A stretch of DNA of 64,000 nt from Felis catus. Taxonomy: Eukaryota. Of this stretch, positions 12,425 to 25,635 are shown piece after piece (position 1 is the stretch's first letter; each line of letters opens with the position of its first letter). A program made the position numbers and the translations under genes. The notes beneath the pieces were generated by a model, which did no database searches, had not been told where the DNA came from, and saw nothing but the letters and a program-made list of their open reading frames with translations. The stretch lies in contig NC_058368.1 in assembly GCF_018350175.1 (NCBI RefSeq), positions 22,818,001 through 22,882,000 on the forward strand. The letters are read 5' to 3'.

Positions 12425-13084
12425 AAGATTTCATTGTTTTTGATGGTTAATATTCCATTGTGTGTGTATATATATATGCGCACGTGTGTGTATATACACA
12501 TAGGTATGTATATATGTGTGTGTACACACATACACGTACATACACACATACCACCTCTTCTTTATCCATGGACATTTGGGCTCTTTCCATAATTTGGTTA
12601 TTGTTGATAATACTGCTATAACCATCAGGGTGCGTGTTATCCCTTCCAAATTACATTTCTGTATCCTTTGGGTAAATACCTAATAGTGCAATTGCTGGAT
12701 CATAGGATAATTCTATTTTTAACTTTTTAAGGAATGTCCATACTGTTTTCCAGGGTGGCTGCACCAGTTTGCATTCCCACCAACAGTAAACAGCATTTTA
12801 ACAGTAACCTCAGCTACCTCCATCACTATTTTCTTTATGAGTTAATAATCCCTAGTCTTAGTGCAGAGTTATGTACATAGAAGGCAAACTAGCCCTTGGA
12901 TACTAACATAAGATTTATTTAGAGAATCTATAAAAAATACTACTGGGATACAGGTTTGGAGAAAAGGAATACACAAAATTGAGGTTTTTTCCCCCATCTA
13001 CTTTATATATTAATGACCTTTGTTTTAATTACACCTTTCAAAGACTCATAAAGTAGTCAGAATTTTTAAGGTAACTACTCTACT

Positions 13085-13310
13085 GGGTCACACTTTAGCA
13101 TGCATTAGACTTGCCTTGGAAGGCTTGTTAAAATAAGGATTTTGTTTTTTCTTTTTCTTTTTTTTTTTGTTTTGGTTTTTTTTGCATGTCCTTCTAGAGT
13201 TTCTGATTGAGTATAGTTCTAAATGGAGCCTAAACAAAAATTTTCCTTTCTACAAATTTTCAGGTGAGGTGGATTCTGCTTTTGGGGACCACACTCACTA
13301 ACACTGCTCT
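13085..13310. mobile_element. MER5-like hAT-Charlie fossil
   Basis: gcatgcattaga..ggaaggcttgttaaaa..tctacaaattttcaggtga..ggggaccacact pattern, heavily diverged. Confidence 0.55.
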
Positions 13311-13452
13311 AACTTAAGGGATATGTTACAATATGCCTATAAAACTCAGTATATTTCTGACCTGAATAAAATCAGAAAAAGTATTTATCGCAGAGGAATC
13401 TGGCTTTTCATGTTCCTTCAGAGAGCTTCAAGTGCGTGTGCACTTGCACACA

Positions 13453-13592
13453 GAGCTGACCCTTAAACACATGGGTTTGAACTGTGAGGGTCCATTTATA
13501 CACGGATTTTTTTTATAAATACAGGAGAGTACTATAAATGTATTTTCCTTATGATTTTTTTAAAGTTTATTTTGAGAGAGACTGAGCATGAG

Positions 13593-13651
<59 letters not shown>

Positions 13652-13703
13652 AGGAGGGGGGGGAGAGAGAGAGAGGGGGGGGGAGAGAGAGAGAGAGAGG
13701 GGG

Positions 13704-13749
<46 letters not shown>

Positions 13750-14096
13750 CTCAAGCTGGCTCTGAAGGGTCAGTCCAGAGCCTGAGGTAGGGGCTCAAAC
13801 TCATGGAACTGTGAGATCATGACCTAAGCCGAAGTCAAGAGTTGGATGCTTCACTGACTGAGCCACCCAGGCACCCCTGATTTTCTTAATAACACTTTTC
13901 TCTAACTTCCTTTATTGTAAGAGTACAGTATATAATACATATACAAAATACGTGTCAATTGTTTATGCTGTCGGTGAGACTTCTAGTCAACAGTAGGCTA
14001 TGAGTAAAGTTTCTGGGGAGTCAAAAGCTGTATGCAGATTTCTGGCTTCATGGGGGATTAGTGCCCCTAACCCCTACATTGTTCAAGGGTCAGCTA
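13453..14096 (+). mobile_element. Tigger2a-like DNA transposon split by a SINE
   Basis: Terminal inverted repeats agctgacccttaaaca... and ...tgttcaagggtcagct; gggtttgaactg..gggtcca interior. Confidence 0.8.
13555..13877 (-). mobile_element. CanSINE with ~150-bp GA/G-rich expansion
   Basis: GA tract 13594-13747, ends gccacccaggcacccc; TSD-like tgatttt. Confidence 0.9.
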
Positions 14097-14319
14097 TATA
14101 TACACATGCACAGACACAACTGCCCCACCTCATACACACACAGAGAATGCTCTACAACCTAATTACCAGGAAATATGCCTGAACTAGACCACAGCACACT
14201 TTAACAGTCTTAACTTTACATACACACCTCAACAGTAGAGGTACTGTCAGGGGCAAACATTTCCAAAAACAAATTTGAAGGCATAACAAACGCGGCAGCA
14301 GCAACAATACCAACATCCA

Positions 14320-14560
14320 ACACTTTTTGAGTGCTTACTATGTGCTAAGCCCTGTTTGAAGCATTTATGTGTTAATTAATTTAATTAACTCAAAAACCCT
14401 ATAAGGTAGATTATTATTATAAAATAGATTATTATCATTTCCACTTTACAGACGAAGCAACTGAAGCACAGAGATAATAGGTGACAAAGTCAAACCTAGT
14501 AAGCAGAAGGGCCATGATTTGAACCCAGTCACAGCCAGGTTCCAGAGGTCATGTTCTTGA
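14320..14560 (-). mobile_element. MIR
   Basis: gagtgcttactatgtgcta..ttacagacgaagcaactgaagcacagaga..gatttgaacccag. Confidence 0.8.
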
Positions 14561-14576
14561 AAGTAATCATCTACTA

Positions 14577-14789
<213 letters not shown>

Positions 14790-15145
14790 TCATGCACACA
14801 CAAACACAGCTGTACACATGCATCTAAACATATCTATTTAGTTTGTTATTATACATCAAATTCCTTCATTCAGCAAGCTATTTAAATACAAGCTAGAAAA
14901 GATACTGCCTAAGAGGAAAACTAAGCTGGTTGTTATAATTTCTAACTATTTTAAGAAATGGCTTTTGCTGGGAGTTACTGCTTTACTGGAAAAAAAAAGA
15001 CAGCTACATTTGTATATATGCTCAATTTTAATAGTTACAGTGAGATTGAGATCATAAAATAACTCTAGCTTAAAAGAATAAGTTATTGACACCAAAATAG
15101 TGTTGTCATGTTTCTGATTCTCCTCTTAAAAATGTTGCATTGATA

Positions 15146-15267
15146 GGGCACCTGGTTGGGTCAGTCAGAGCATCCAACTCTTGGTTTCAGCTGAGGCCAT
15201 GATCTCACAGTTCATGGGTTCGAACCCCACATGGAACTCTGCACTGACAGCACACAGCCTGCTTGGG

Positions 15268-15320
<53 letters not shown>

Positions 15321-15360
15321 GTCTCTGTCTCTCTGTCTCTAAGCTAATAAACTTAAAAAA
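15146..15360 (+). mobile_element. CanSINE in RB1 intron 18 with (CT)n
   Basis: gggcacctggttgggtcagtca head; TSD aaaaatgttgcattgata / aaaaatgtttcattgata. Confidence 0.9.
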
Positions 15361-15685
15361 ATGTTTCATTGATAACTATGGTTCATATATATGATAAAAC
15401 TTAAGTTATACACACACACATACCACCTAAATTACACAGTACAGAATTCTATCTAATACTTCAGATAACATTATCAAGGAAGATTTATACCTGTATACTA
15501 AACATGTCAGGCATAAATCAAGGAAGATATTAGTAAATATTATATCTCAATTTCTGACATTCTACCACTCTTGTGTTACCTTTTATAGGATAATCCAGAG
15601 CTACTTTATAATTTTGTCCTGTAGCTGAGAAGTAATTCTGAGCAAGAAGGAGGATTTAAATCTTACTATGGATGTTTCCAATACA

Positions 15686-15710
15686 TATAGTTAACTATAG
15701 TTAACTATAG

Positions 15711-15779
<69 letters not shown>

Positions 15780-15870
15780 TATATATAATATATATATGTT
15801 ATATATAATATATATAGTTATATTATATATAACTATAGTATTAGTTAACACTACATATGTTAACTAATAC
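15686..15870. repeat. (TA)n(CA)n microsatellite with flanking palindromes
   Basis: TA run ~15714-15759, then CA run; three inverted repeats read directly. Confidence 0.92.
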
Positions 15871-15989
15871 ACTAAGAAAAGGGAATCACCATCATAATCT
15901 TTTAAGTAACAGGGTCTAGTCTACTTCCAATCTTGTATTTCCCTTCAATTCACTAATTCATAATATTGTAGACAAATTTAACTTGGATA

Positions 15990-17095
15990 GAAGTTAATCT
16001 CCCTTGAGTTCTAGGTACAAATATTCAATTACCTACAGGACATCACTACTTGAATCTCAAACTTAAGAAGGCCAAAGGGGAGCTCTTGATTTCTTCCCTC
16101 TGTTTTTCCCGTTTCAATAAATGGCTCCGCATTACATCCTGTTTCTTAAGTCTAAAATATAGGAGTTATGTTTAATTTCGTCCTCTTCCCAATTCCTCAA
16201 ACTCAATGCAAAACGAAATCTTATTAAATCTTCCTCTAAAATACATCCTAGATCTTTCCATTTCTTTCTATCTCTACTGATGTATCTTAGACCAAGTCAC
16301 CTACCTCTCTCACTTGGACTATGGAAATTATCTCCAAACTGGTCTTCCTACTTCTTCTTTACCCTCCTCCAAACCTATCTGTACTTCAAACAGCAGCTAG
16401 AAAATGGTTCTTTAAAAATACAAATTATAGCAAGCTGCACCCTTACTTAAAACTTTAATGCTTTCCCACTGCCCTTCTAAAATCCAAACCCCTTCCTATG
16501 GCCCATGGAAACCTAAAAGGTGCAGCCCTGGTTTGCCTCTCCAAACTTCTCTTATTGTACCTCCAACCTCCTCTTGCTCACTTTACCCCAAGCACACTGG
16601 GATTTCCTTCTGTTCCTCAGACCAGCTAAGTCTGATCTGCCCTAGGGCCACCACACTTACTGTTTGCTCTGCCTGGAATGCATATCATGAAGATTCATGC
16701 CTGGTCAGCATCCATCTGTGCTTGAGGTGTCAGGTGCAATATCACTTTATTAGAAAAAGTTTCCCTAAACATTCCTACACTCTCAGTTTCTCGCTTTAAT
16801 ATCACTTATTTCCATTATAAAACTTAATATACTCTATTTTTTTTTCTTTTTAAGTAATCTCTACTCCCAACACGGGGCTTGAACTCATGACCCTGAGATC
16901 AAGGGTCACATGCTCTACTGACTGAGCCAGCCGGGCACCCCAAACCTAGTATACTCTAAAAGCACATCATATATTAGTTTACTTCCTCCATAATATAAGC
17001 ACTATGAAGAGAAGAACCTAGTCCACCTTACCCACCTTTTATTCCCAGAGTCTAGAAAACTTCCTGGCACTTAGACAACTGCTTACTGAATTAAA
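15990..17095. mobile_element. L2 fragment, with a short CanSINE at 16837-16941
   Basis: Pyrimidine-rich L2-like text (tctgcctggaatg, cctggcac..tgaattaa); SINE TSD aaacttaatatactcta / aaacctagtatactcta. Confidence 0.7.
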
Positions 17096-18052
17096 GAAAA
17101 AGATAATGCTTGATTATTTACATTAATGCATAACTTAGCCAACAAATTTATATGTAAAGGCAGAAGCGTCATATGCTAGAAATAGTTTGGGTACAAGTTA
17201 GCATGGAAAGGACATCTCTGGAAAGTAGTCCCTGAACTAATCACAGAGCACTATAATGTCAATTCCTAGACAAAACTAAATAGAAACAACATTAGGTACA
17301 CTTCTATGAAAGGCAGAAGAGCTAGAATGCTTAGGAGCATGCACTTCAGGGTCAGATTGCTTGGGTTTGATTTCTGTTGAGTTTTGGCAAGTTACCTTAT
17401 TCCTCTAATTCCTATTTTATAGAGAACTGAGGCTGATAGCAGTATTTATCACCTTATAGGGATGTTATGAAGACCAAATGGGAAAAAAAAACCAATCTCA
17501 AGTATTTAGCCAACTGTCCAGCCCATAGTGAACCCTCAATAAATATTAGCTATTTGCTTTTTTCTTCCATTATCGTCATCATCATCGTGTACCTATTAAC
17601 TGATTTAGTTTCATATCCTACGCTAATCCCTATGCCTATCCTATGCTTTACCCCAAATGCATTGATCTGTATTCCCTGAAAATGTTTCCCACTTTCTTCG
17701 CATTACACTTTGGAACTCATGCCATTTCTGACTCTTGGAACACCTTCTGTCTCCTCCCTCCTCTCCAGTTTCCATAGAGAAATCCTACTTTCCATCTTTC
17801 AGACCTAACTAAATTGCCATCTCTGCCATGAAAACTATCCTTATTACATCAAACATGAGTGATTTCAGTAGCACTTGGTACCACTTTTATATGATCTTAG
17901 GTCATGTATCTTATATTCCTGCTCCCTCAAAGCAAGAACAATGTCTTATTCAAAATTCTATTCCTTACAGTTTCCATATAGTATCTTGCATTACACCATG
18001 CTCAAAACCTATTTGCAGGTTGAGTTAATAGCACAGCATACATTCTACTTAC

Positions 18053-18171
18053 ATATCTGCTGCAGTGTGATTACTCTGGAGAGGAAGGCTGAGAGTACAA
18101 GCAGATTCAAGGTGATCAGCTGGTCCTTCTCGGTCCTTTGCTTGTTTAATTAGATCAAATAAAGGTGAATC
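18053..18171 (-). CDS. RB1: RB1 coding exon (human exon 18 equivalent), 119 bp
   Basis: Reverse complement translates [39 protein letters not shown](M), the RB spacer region; acceptor ...tttcatatag, donor gtaagt; length matches human exon 18 as recalled. Confidence 0.97.
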
Positions 18172-18369
18172 CTATATGAAACCAGATGACATTAAAACCA
18201 CACTGGTACGTATGATTTTCCCATGTGCATATCAAAACCCTACTGCCTGACATGGGGAGTGCTACAAAGTTAATTACAATTGACAGCAGTGATTTAGGAT
18301 TCAAATGAGATCCTTTTCTTCACTTTGGAAATACTGATTGCCAATTTTTGTTCTATATACATAAAATAA

Positions 18370-19050
18370 AGGGCTAGAAAAATGCATAACTTGAAATGCT
18401 TATGTTAGAAAAGAAATTAAAAGTTAGGGAGAAATACACAGAAAATACCTAAATATGGCACAAAGACAAATAATAAAGATATGAGCATAATTTAATGAAA
18501 CTAAAAGATACATGCACTGTTTGATCACAAAGCTAGTAACTGGTTCTTTGAATTAACTAGAAAAATTAAATCTCCAGTCAGATTGAGAAAAAGAGAAGAA
18601 ATAAACAGTAATAGGAACAAAAAGTGGGACTATTATCACAAAAATTAAGAAGATAATAGGGGATTGTTATGAATAGTTTTATGCCAATAAATGGGAAAAC
18701 TTAGACCAAGTAGAAAATTCCACAGAAATATAAATGAACTAAACAATAAAATAAAGTAGTAATAGTCCTATATAAACTATTAAAAAACTAGAATCAATAA
18801 TTAAAAATCTCCCCATAAGGAAAATATTAGGCATATCAAACACCTTTGGTTTTACCGGCAAAGTCTACCAAACATAAAAAGAACAGATAATTACACTTTT
18901 ACTCAAACTTTACTGACAATGGAAAAAGTAGAAACATTCTTGATCTCATCTTACGAGCCTAGTACAACAATGATACTAAAACTCGTCAAGGACATCACAA
19001 AAAGGTAAGTTATACCCCATTCCCACTCGTGAACAGAGAGATAAAAATCT
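18370..19050 (+). mobile_element. Old L1 ORF2 fragment
   Basis: tggttctttgaa..., tatgccaataaat..gaaaacttaga, ggttttaccggcaaagtctaccaaaca. Confidence 0.75.
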
Positions 19051-19887
19051 CTTCTTAACATCACTTTATTTCTATTATAGAACTATATACTCTATTTCTT
19101 TTTTTTTTTTTTTTAAGTAACCTCTACTCCCAACATGGGGCTTAAACTCATGACCCTGAGATCAAGAGTATTTACACAAAGTGATGTGTAAACATAATTA
19201 AAAATTTTATAATGAAGTCATGAGTGACATTATTACTAATACTAATTTTTACAATGAGGACCATTTAACATTGAAGAAAAAGGTTCTAGGTGATAAAGCA
19301 TTCCTTCTATCTCACAAGTTTATTTTCTACTATAATATATAATCAGAGAAGTTGCTTATTTCTTACATTTGGAACTTACTTTCTTTTATGGCCTAATATA
19401 TAAATACTTTTATAAACATTCCATGGGCACTGGAAAACTACTTTCAGCCTATAGAACTTTATATATCAATTACATGTTTACTAATTATAGCATTTATATC
19501 TTCTGTATATTTATCTTTTGTCCACTTGAGCTATGGTGGGTTGGGAAGCATGAGTTAAAGTCTCCTTATACTAATAATGCATTTCTTACTATTTCATGTA
19601 AGAAGTTTTTTCTCAATGAATTTGAATACTATGCTACTGAGTGTATATTCAGAACTGTCAAATCTTCACTAAAGATTGCATTCTTGAACATTACAACATG
19701 GCCTTCTGTTCCTTAATTGTAGTATGTTGAACCTATTAAACCGATGTTAAGATTGTGACTTCTTTTTCTCTTACTATTAGCCCAATATGCCTTTCTCTGT
19801 TCTTTTATTTTCAACATTGCTGAGTAACATTATTTGAATACAACATATATTTAGGTTTTGGGGGTTTTTTTAATCCAATTTGGGTGA

Positions 19888-20114
19888 TTTTTTTTTATTT
19901 TTTTTAATTTTTTTTCAATGTTTATTTATTTTTGGGACAGAGAGAGACAGCATGAACGGGGGAGGGGCAGAGAGAGGGAGACACAGAATCGGAAACAGGC
20001 TCCAGGCTCTGAGCCATCAGCCCAGAGCCCGACGCGGGGCTCGAACTCGCGGACCGCGAGATCGTGACCTGGCTGAAGTCGGACGCTTAACCGACTGCGC
20101 CACCCAGGCGCCCC
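19888..20114 (-). mobile_element. Young feline SINE inserted at the tail of an older SINE (20123-20332)
   Basis: CpG-rich, ends gcgccacccaggcgcccc; TSD ttgggtgatttttt. Confidence 0.94.
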
Positions 20115-21179
20115 TTGGGTGATTTTTTAAATGTTTATTCATTTTTGAGAGACAGAGAGAGATGGAGTGCAAGTGGGGGTGGGGCAGAGGGAGAAGACGA
20201 CATAGAATCCAAAGCAGGCTCCAGGCTCTTAGCTGTCAGCACAGAGCCCAACGTGGGGCTCAAACTCACAAATCATGAGATCATGACCTGGGCTGAAGGT
20301 GGACGCTTAACCAAATTTCAGTGATTTTAGACATTTATAATTGCTGACAGATTTGGTTTTGTGTGGTTACTGTGTTTTATGTTAGCATTGTTTTCATCAC
20401 TTTTTAAAATGTTTCACTAAATGATCTGTGATATCCAAAAAAAAAGGACTTTTCAGGCTTAACCAAAATCCAGAAGTCAAAGAAAAAGATGAACTGATTT
20501 GACTACATAAAAACTAAAAACTTGTTTGACTAAAACCACAATAAACCAAGTTAAATTAAATCTTTAAAAAATAAATAATATTAGGGTTTTTTTCCTACAG
20601 CTTCATAACATGATTTTTATTATAAATAATTCTTTTCTATTCTTTCCTTTCATTAGGGGCACTCTGAAGTGCAATCTAAGTAAAGGCTTTCATTGGAGTA
20701 AGGTAAGGCTAAACACCAGTTAATACATGTAGTCATATTCAATGTTTTACATATTCTAGCCACTGACAAATTGAATATATTTATTTAACTAAAATAGTGT
20801 GGGTATAAATCCATCTATAAATCCATATATTCAGCAGGAGTGGCCTATTCCCATTTTTATTTCAATGATATTTTAAGAGACCCTAAGACTCACTAAGAAA
20901 TGCAAGTAAACCTGAGCCTTCACAGGATTTAGGTATACTACAAATCAGGCATTCTACTTTCTCTTCAGATTAGCACAACAGGCTGGGCTGCAGATTAGCA
21001 TAACAGTATTATACTAAAGTGAATGCCTCCTCCAACGGTTAAGGTAGCATTTTTTAACCAATAGTCTTCATGTTTCACTCAAGTATCCCTTTTATTCCTC
21101 CATCTCCCCCCAACACAAGTGGTAACACAGATATATAGATATGTTTATAATGAGTATGTCATGATAGTGGGAAAGAAGT

Positions 21180-21430
21180 ACAGTGCAGTGGTCAGGCATG
21201 AGACTCTGGAGCCACACCACACAGAATCAAATCCCAGCCACTTATTGGTTGTGTAACTTTGGACAAGGTGCTTAACCTCATATGATTCACTCTTCTGAAC
21301 TGTTATGTGGAGATACTAATCATGATAGTAACTTATAGTATTGTGAGAATAAAGTGAATAACACATGTTAAGCATTTAGAACAAAGCCTGGCACAGAGTG
21401 CTATGTAAGCATTTGAAATTATTATGGTTC
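21180..21430 (+). mobile_element. MIR
   Basis: gtgcagtggtca..ctctggagcca..aatcccagc..tgtgtaactttggacaag..aagcatttagaacaaagcctggcacag. Confidence 0.8.
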
Positions 21431-21559
21431 AGTTCTTATTTATACATAATAAATGCTTTTATACAAAGGATGATGTTTCTGTTCAAATATATGAATGTAT
21501 ACGTCATACATTCCATCTGTCTATCTACCCAATATTTGTTGTTTGTCTACTTGATAAGT

Positions 21560-23300
21560 GGCCCTATGCTAGGAATTAAAAATTACAAACAACCCTCCAA
21601 TTGCCAGATACCAATGGACTGGAAGAATCATTTCAGAAACGTCTGTCTTCTTCCACCTTACTCCACATATTCAATTGAGGTCTATGTGCAAAATAAACTT
21701 CGATAATCCTCTACCACCAAAATACTCTTGCTCTTTTCTAGTTTTTCCCATATCATTATCACTCCTTATAACCTGTTGTCCAAAGCAAAAAAGGAGTCAT
21801 CTTCAATTATTTTTTCCCTCACACTCCACTATCCCATCCAGCAAAGTCATGCTGACTCTAACTTCAAAATATATCCCAAGTCTAACTTCTCATCATCTCT
21901 AACATTACTGTAGTCTAAGTCATTATTCTCTCTTGTCTGTACTACCACAAAAGCATCCTCCAACTGTTTTTCAACACTTCCACTCTTGCTGCCTCCCAGC
22001 TCTTCTCAATAGAGTTAATAGGCTATTCCTCACACCCTCCACCCTACTCAAGGACTTCTCATCACACTAGAATAAATCCAAACTTAATGTCTGGCCCTTG
22101 TTACCTCCCAGGCCTCACTTTCTACTACTTTCCTCCTTTTACTCCTGTCATACTAGTCATCTTTATATTCCTTGAACACAGCCTGATTCTGTCTCTGTTT
22201 CCATATATGCTCTTTCCTCTGTCTGCAGTGCTCTTTGCCAGAATTTTCCATGGCTCAACCCACTCTATTATTCACATTGTCTCCTCAAATAGCACCTTCT
22301 CAGCAAAGCCTTCTCTGAACATCCTGTCCAAGGCAGTCATAATTCCCACTTGTTTGCTACTCCCAACTCTGCCTTATTTTCTTCATAGTACTGATCACTA
22401 TTTGAAATTATATTATGCATTCATTTGTTTACTTGTTTATTGTCTCCTCCAGTTATCTTGTTCACAACAGCATTTCCAATGTCTAAAAATGCCTGGCACA
22501 CAGTAGGGACTCAACATTTATTGAATAAATGAAGTGAGTAGGTAAAAAGTGTTCAAAATTCTTTGAGGTTAATTCTGCCTTAAAGTGAGGATAAGATTAA
22601 AAATAGAAGTTTCTTAGTTATATACACCCTAGATCTTTTAAAAATGAAGTATTTACCTACTGCTTTCCCCATCTTTTTCCCTCAAGCATTAGTCAAACAT
22701 AGTATGTATACCTTAGCCATAAAGAAAGCAAAAACAGGAAAATTATTTCAGAATGCCTATTCTTAGAAGGCTTTTGTTCAAAGTGAAGTACAGTAGAGTA
22801 CCTTGGAGCACTTAGGCAAACTGAAGTAAAACTATTAGTTTTGTCTATGAAATAGTTCCAGGGAAAGATATTCCTCCTCCCCACATGGTGCTCAGAGTCC
22901 AGTGGGAAGAGGCAGACAATAAACAAGGAATGACACATTTGGAAAAAATCTATGAAACAATAGAGTTTCTCATGAAGAATACAAATGGAAACACTGGTAG
23001 AGAGGGTTAGTTCAAGGAAGATATATCTGAGAAGGTAACATGGATGCTGAGATGTGAAGAGAAGTTGTACTTTGAGAGAAGCAGGAGGCAGAGGTTTCCT
23101 AAGATGAAAGAAAATGTGATAAGAAACTGATGTTAGTTTAGGAACTAAAAAAGACACTACTAGTACTAAAGTAAAGTGGTGGTATAGTAGTGGAGAGATT
23201 GCTAGAGAAAAAGGTGGGTAGCTGTTTGATGATGCAAAATCCTAAAGACCATGCTAGAAAGTCTGAGCATGCTAAGAGAAATGGAACATCTATTACAATA
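21560..23300. mobile_element. L2 fragments, both orientations
   Basis: L2 3' end tgcctggcacacagtagggactcaacatttattgaataaatgaa at ~22490-22533; purine-rich opposite-strand piece at ~22860-23290. Confidence 0.65.
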
Positions 23301-23848
23301 GAATCTATGTTTTAAGATACAGATTTTTTGTGTCAAAAATCACTAATATAGAGATAGCTAGTTCAATTGTGCCTTGTTTCCTATTACGTATATTTGTAAC
23401 ATAGAACTGGGGTTCTAAAAATATTTGATTAATTGAATGATGTATTGTTTGCTTTCAGGAATGTACTGCAGGTGATAGAGGTCACCGTAATCCATACTGC
23501 CTTAACTCTGTTACAAGTGACAGAATTTCCTATCAATTTCTTAGCTCCGTTATGAGTGAAGAATGTGCCAGGCATGTTTAGTACCAAGTCTAGTGAGAGC
23601 AAACAACTTTGGAGTTGTGTGCATGTAACTCAGGAATTAATGCTACTGATCTGAAATTTAAAAAAAAAGAAAAGCCTACTATTTACTTAATGTAGTCCTC
23701 AGCTTCACTGTAAGCAGAACGGAAAATATGAAATTACCAGTATACTCTGGGTTATTTATATTTCGGCAGTAGTATGTTATCAACAAAAATGTCTTTCAGC
23801 TTTTCTTCTCTCCAAAAGAAAAATGTCTATAAGTAGTATAAAACAGGG

Positions 23849-23960
23849 TCAGGGCCAGGACTAGGGTAAAGCAAGAGAGGTGTCTTGGATGCAAAATTTA
23901 AGGAGGCAATAACTTATACTTGCATGACCCTAATATGAAATTTGCCCTTTGGGGCACTGA
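23849..23960 (+). mobile_element. MER91-like hAT fossil
   Basis: cagggccaggactagggt..ggatgcaaaatttaaggaggc. Confidence 0.55.
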
Positions 23961-25145
23961 ATGCTAAATTGATAATGAAAGTTAATTTAAGATACACTTG
24001 GCAAAGCAGAATGATGTATTACTTTTATGGATTCCTTAGACAGGATTAAAGCACTTTGAGTTTACAAAGTTTTTTACAAAGTTTACAAATGTATTATCTC
24101 ATGTAATCCTCAAAATAAACCTGTGAATTAAGCGTTACCACTACTAATTTTACAGATTAGAAAATTTCGCTATTCTAGTAAATTCTAACAATACTGTATT
24201 ATAAACTAAAATTATTTTCAGAGCACAGGATAATAACTTTTGACATTTATAAATATAAAAACCAAAACTCTTTTAAGCTATTTTTACATAATGAATACAG
24301 TAGCTTCCTAGAACTAGTATTAATTATGAATTATTAAAAATATTTTATTAATTTCACTATTATTTTTCATCTTTATCCAAAGGATTTCCTGGAAAAGAAA
24401 TCCATATTAATATCTGTCATTAACAATAGTAGCATTTAGTAAATGCTTACTGCATGTATGCGTTTAATTTTCACAAAACCCTACGATGTAGGTATACTAT
24501 CCCCACTTGACACAGAAAATGAAGCTAACAAAGGCATTTGAACTTAGGCAGCCAGGCTGCAGAGTCTGAGCTCGTATGCACTATGACTACACTATAATAT
24601 TTCATTAATTTCTTAGTACAAAAGACAGCAGCAATAAAACAAGTGCATGAATTAATTTTACCAAAGCTAATTCTGGTATTATACACTATTTAATAAAGTT
24701 AAATATTCCTGATGATCATTCTTCTCGCAAAAAACAACACAAAGTCGTATTTATTTAATCAGAGAGGACTTCTACAATATTTGCTTAAAATAATTACATA
24801 ACTTACCAAACAGTGACAGCTTATATAAAATATTATTTTTCCTTTCAAGGGTAACTATTTGGTATAGTAAATACCAGAATAATGTAATGATGAACTATGA
24901 ATCAAATTTTGACAATGCTCGACAATTTATATTATAACCAGTTTGAGCAATGTTTGAGTTAGAAGCATTGTTTTTGAAAAACACACTCGTTAAATATAAG
25001 AAATTATGCAAAAGAGAACCAAAATTCTAACTAGATTTTCACTATAAGTGATCATTTGAAGCAATTTTTAAAAAGTCTCCCAAAACAGCAATCCCTTTGT
25101 TACATTACAGACTAAAAGCAGATATTTTTAAGAACTTGAAAACTT

Positions 25146-25565
25146 TAATTAATTTATTTTTTTATTTTAGAGAGAGTGTGAGTGGGGGAGGGAACAGAGG
25201 GGGGGTAAGAGAATCTTTATATTTTTCAATTATTTTTTTAAATTTATTTATTTTGAGAGAGAGTGAGCACACGTGGGAATGGAAAGGGATGGAAAGAGAG
25301 AGAATCCTAAGCAGGCTCCTCACTGACAGCACAGAGCCCAATGTGGGGCTTGAACTCACCAACTCTGAGATCATGATGTGAGCCAAAACCAAGAGTTGGA
25401 CACAGCTGACTGAGCCACCCAGGTACCCCGAGAAAAAGAATCTTAAGTAGGCTCCACGTTCAGCGTAGAGTCCAACAAGGGGCTCATTCCCACGACCCTG
25501 AGGTCATGACTTGAGCCAAAATCAAGAGTCAGACACTCAACCAACTGAGCCTCCCAGGCGCCCCA
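25146..25565 (-). mobile_element. Two nested CanSINEs
   Basis: Inner element ~25217-25429 sits within the GA tract of an outer element; two heads, ending ccaggtacccc and ccaggcgcccc. Confidence 0.85.
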
Positions 25566-25635
25566 GGACTTGAAAACTTCAAAGTAGTAGTAATGTTATG
25601 TTATATACAATTTTACACACACACGTATATATATT

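Larger units (their letters stand above)
11380..12787 (-). mobile_element. L1 3' end fragment interrupted by a SINE
   Basis: Minus-strand DEILAFATMWMELESIMLSEIS and KLWKEPKCP motifs; poly-T at ~11378. Confidence 0.88.

Noticed and set aside
22087..23157. 139-aa and 154-aa hydrophobic ORFs
   Set aside because: Lie in decayed L2 sequence with strand-biased composition; no recognisable domain
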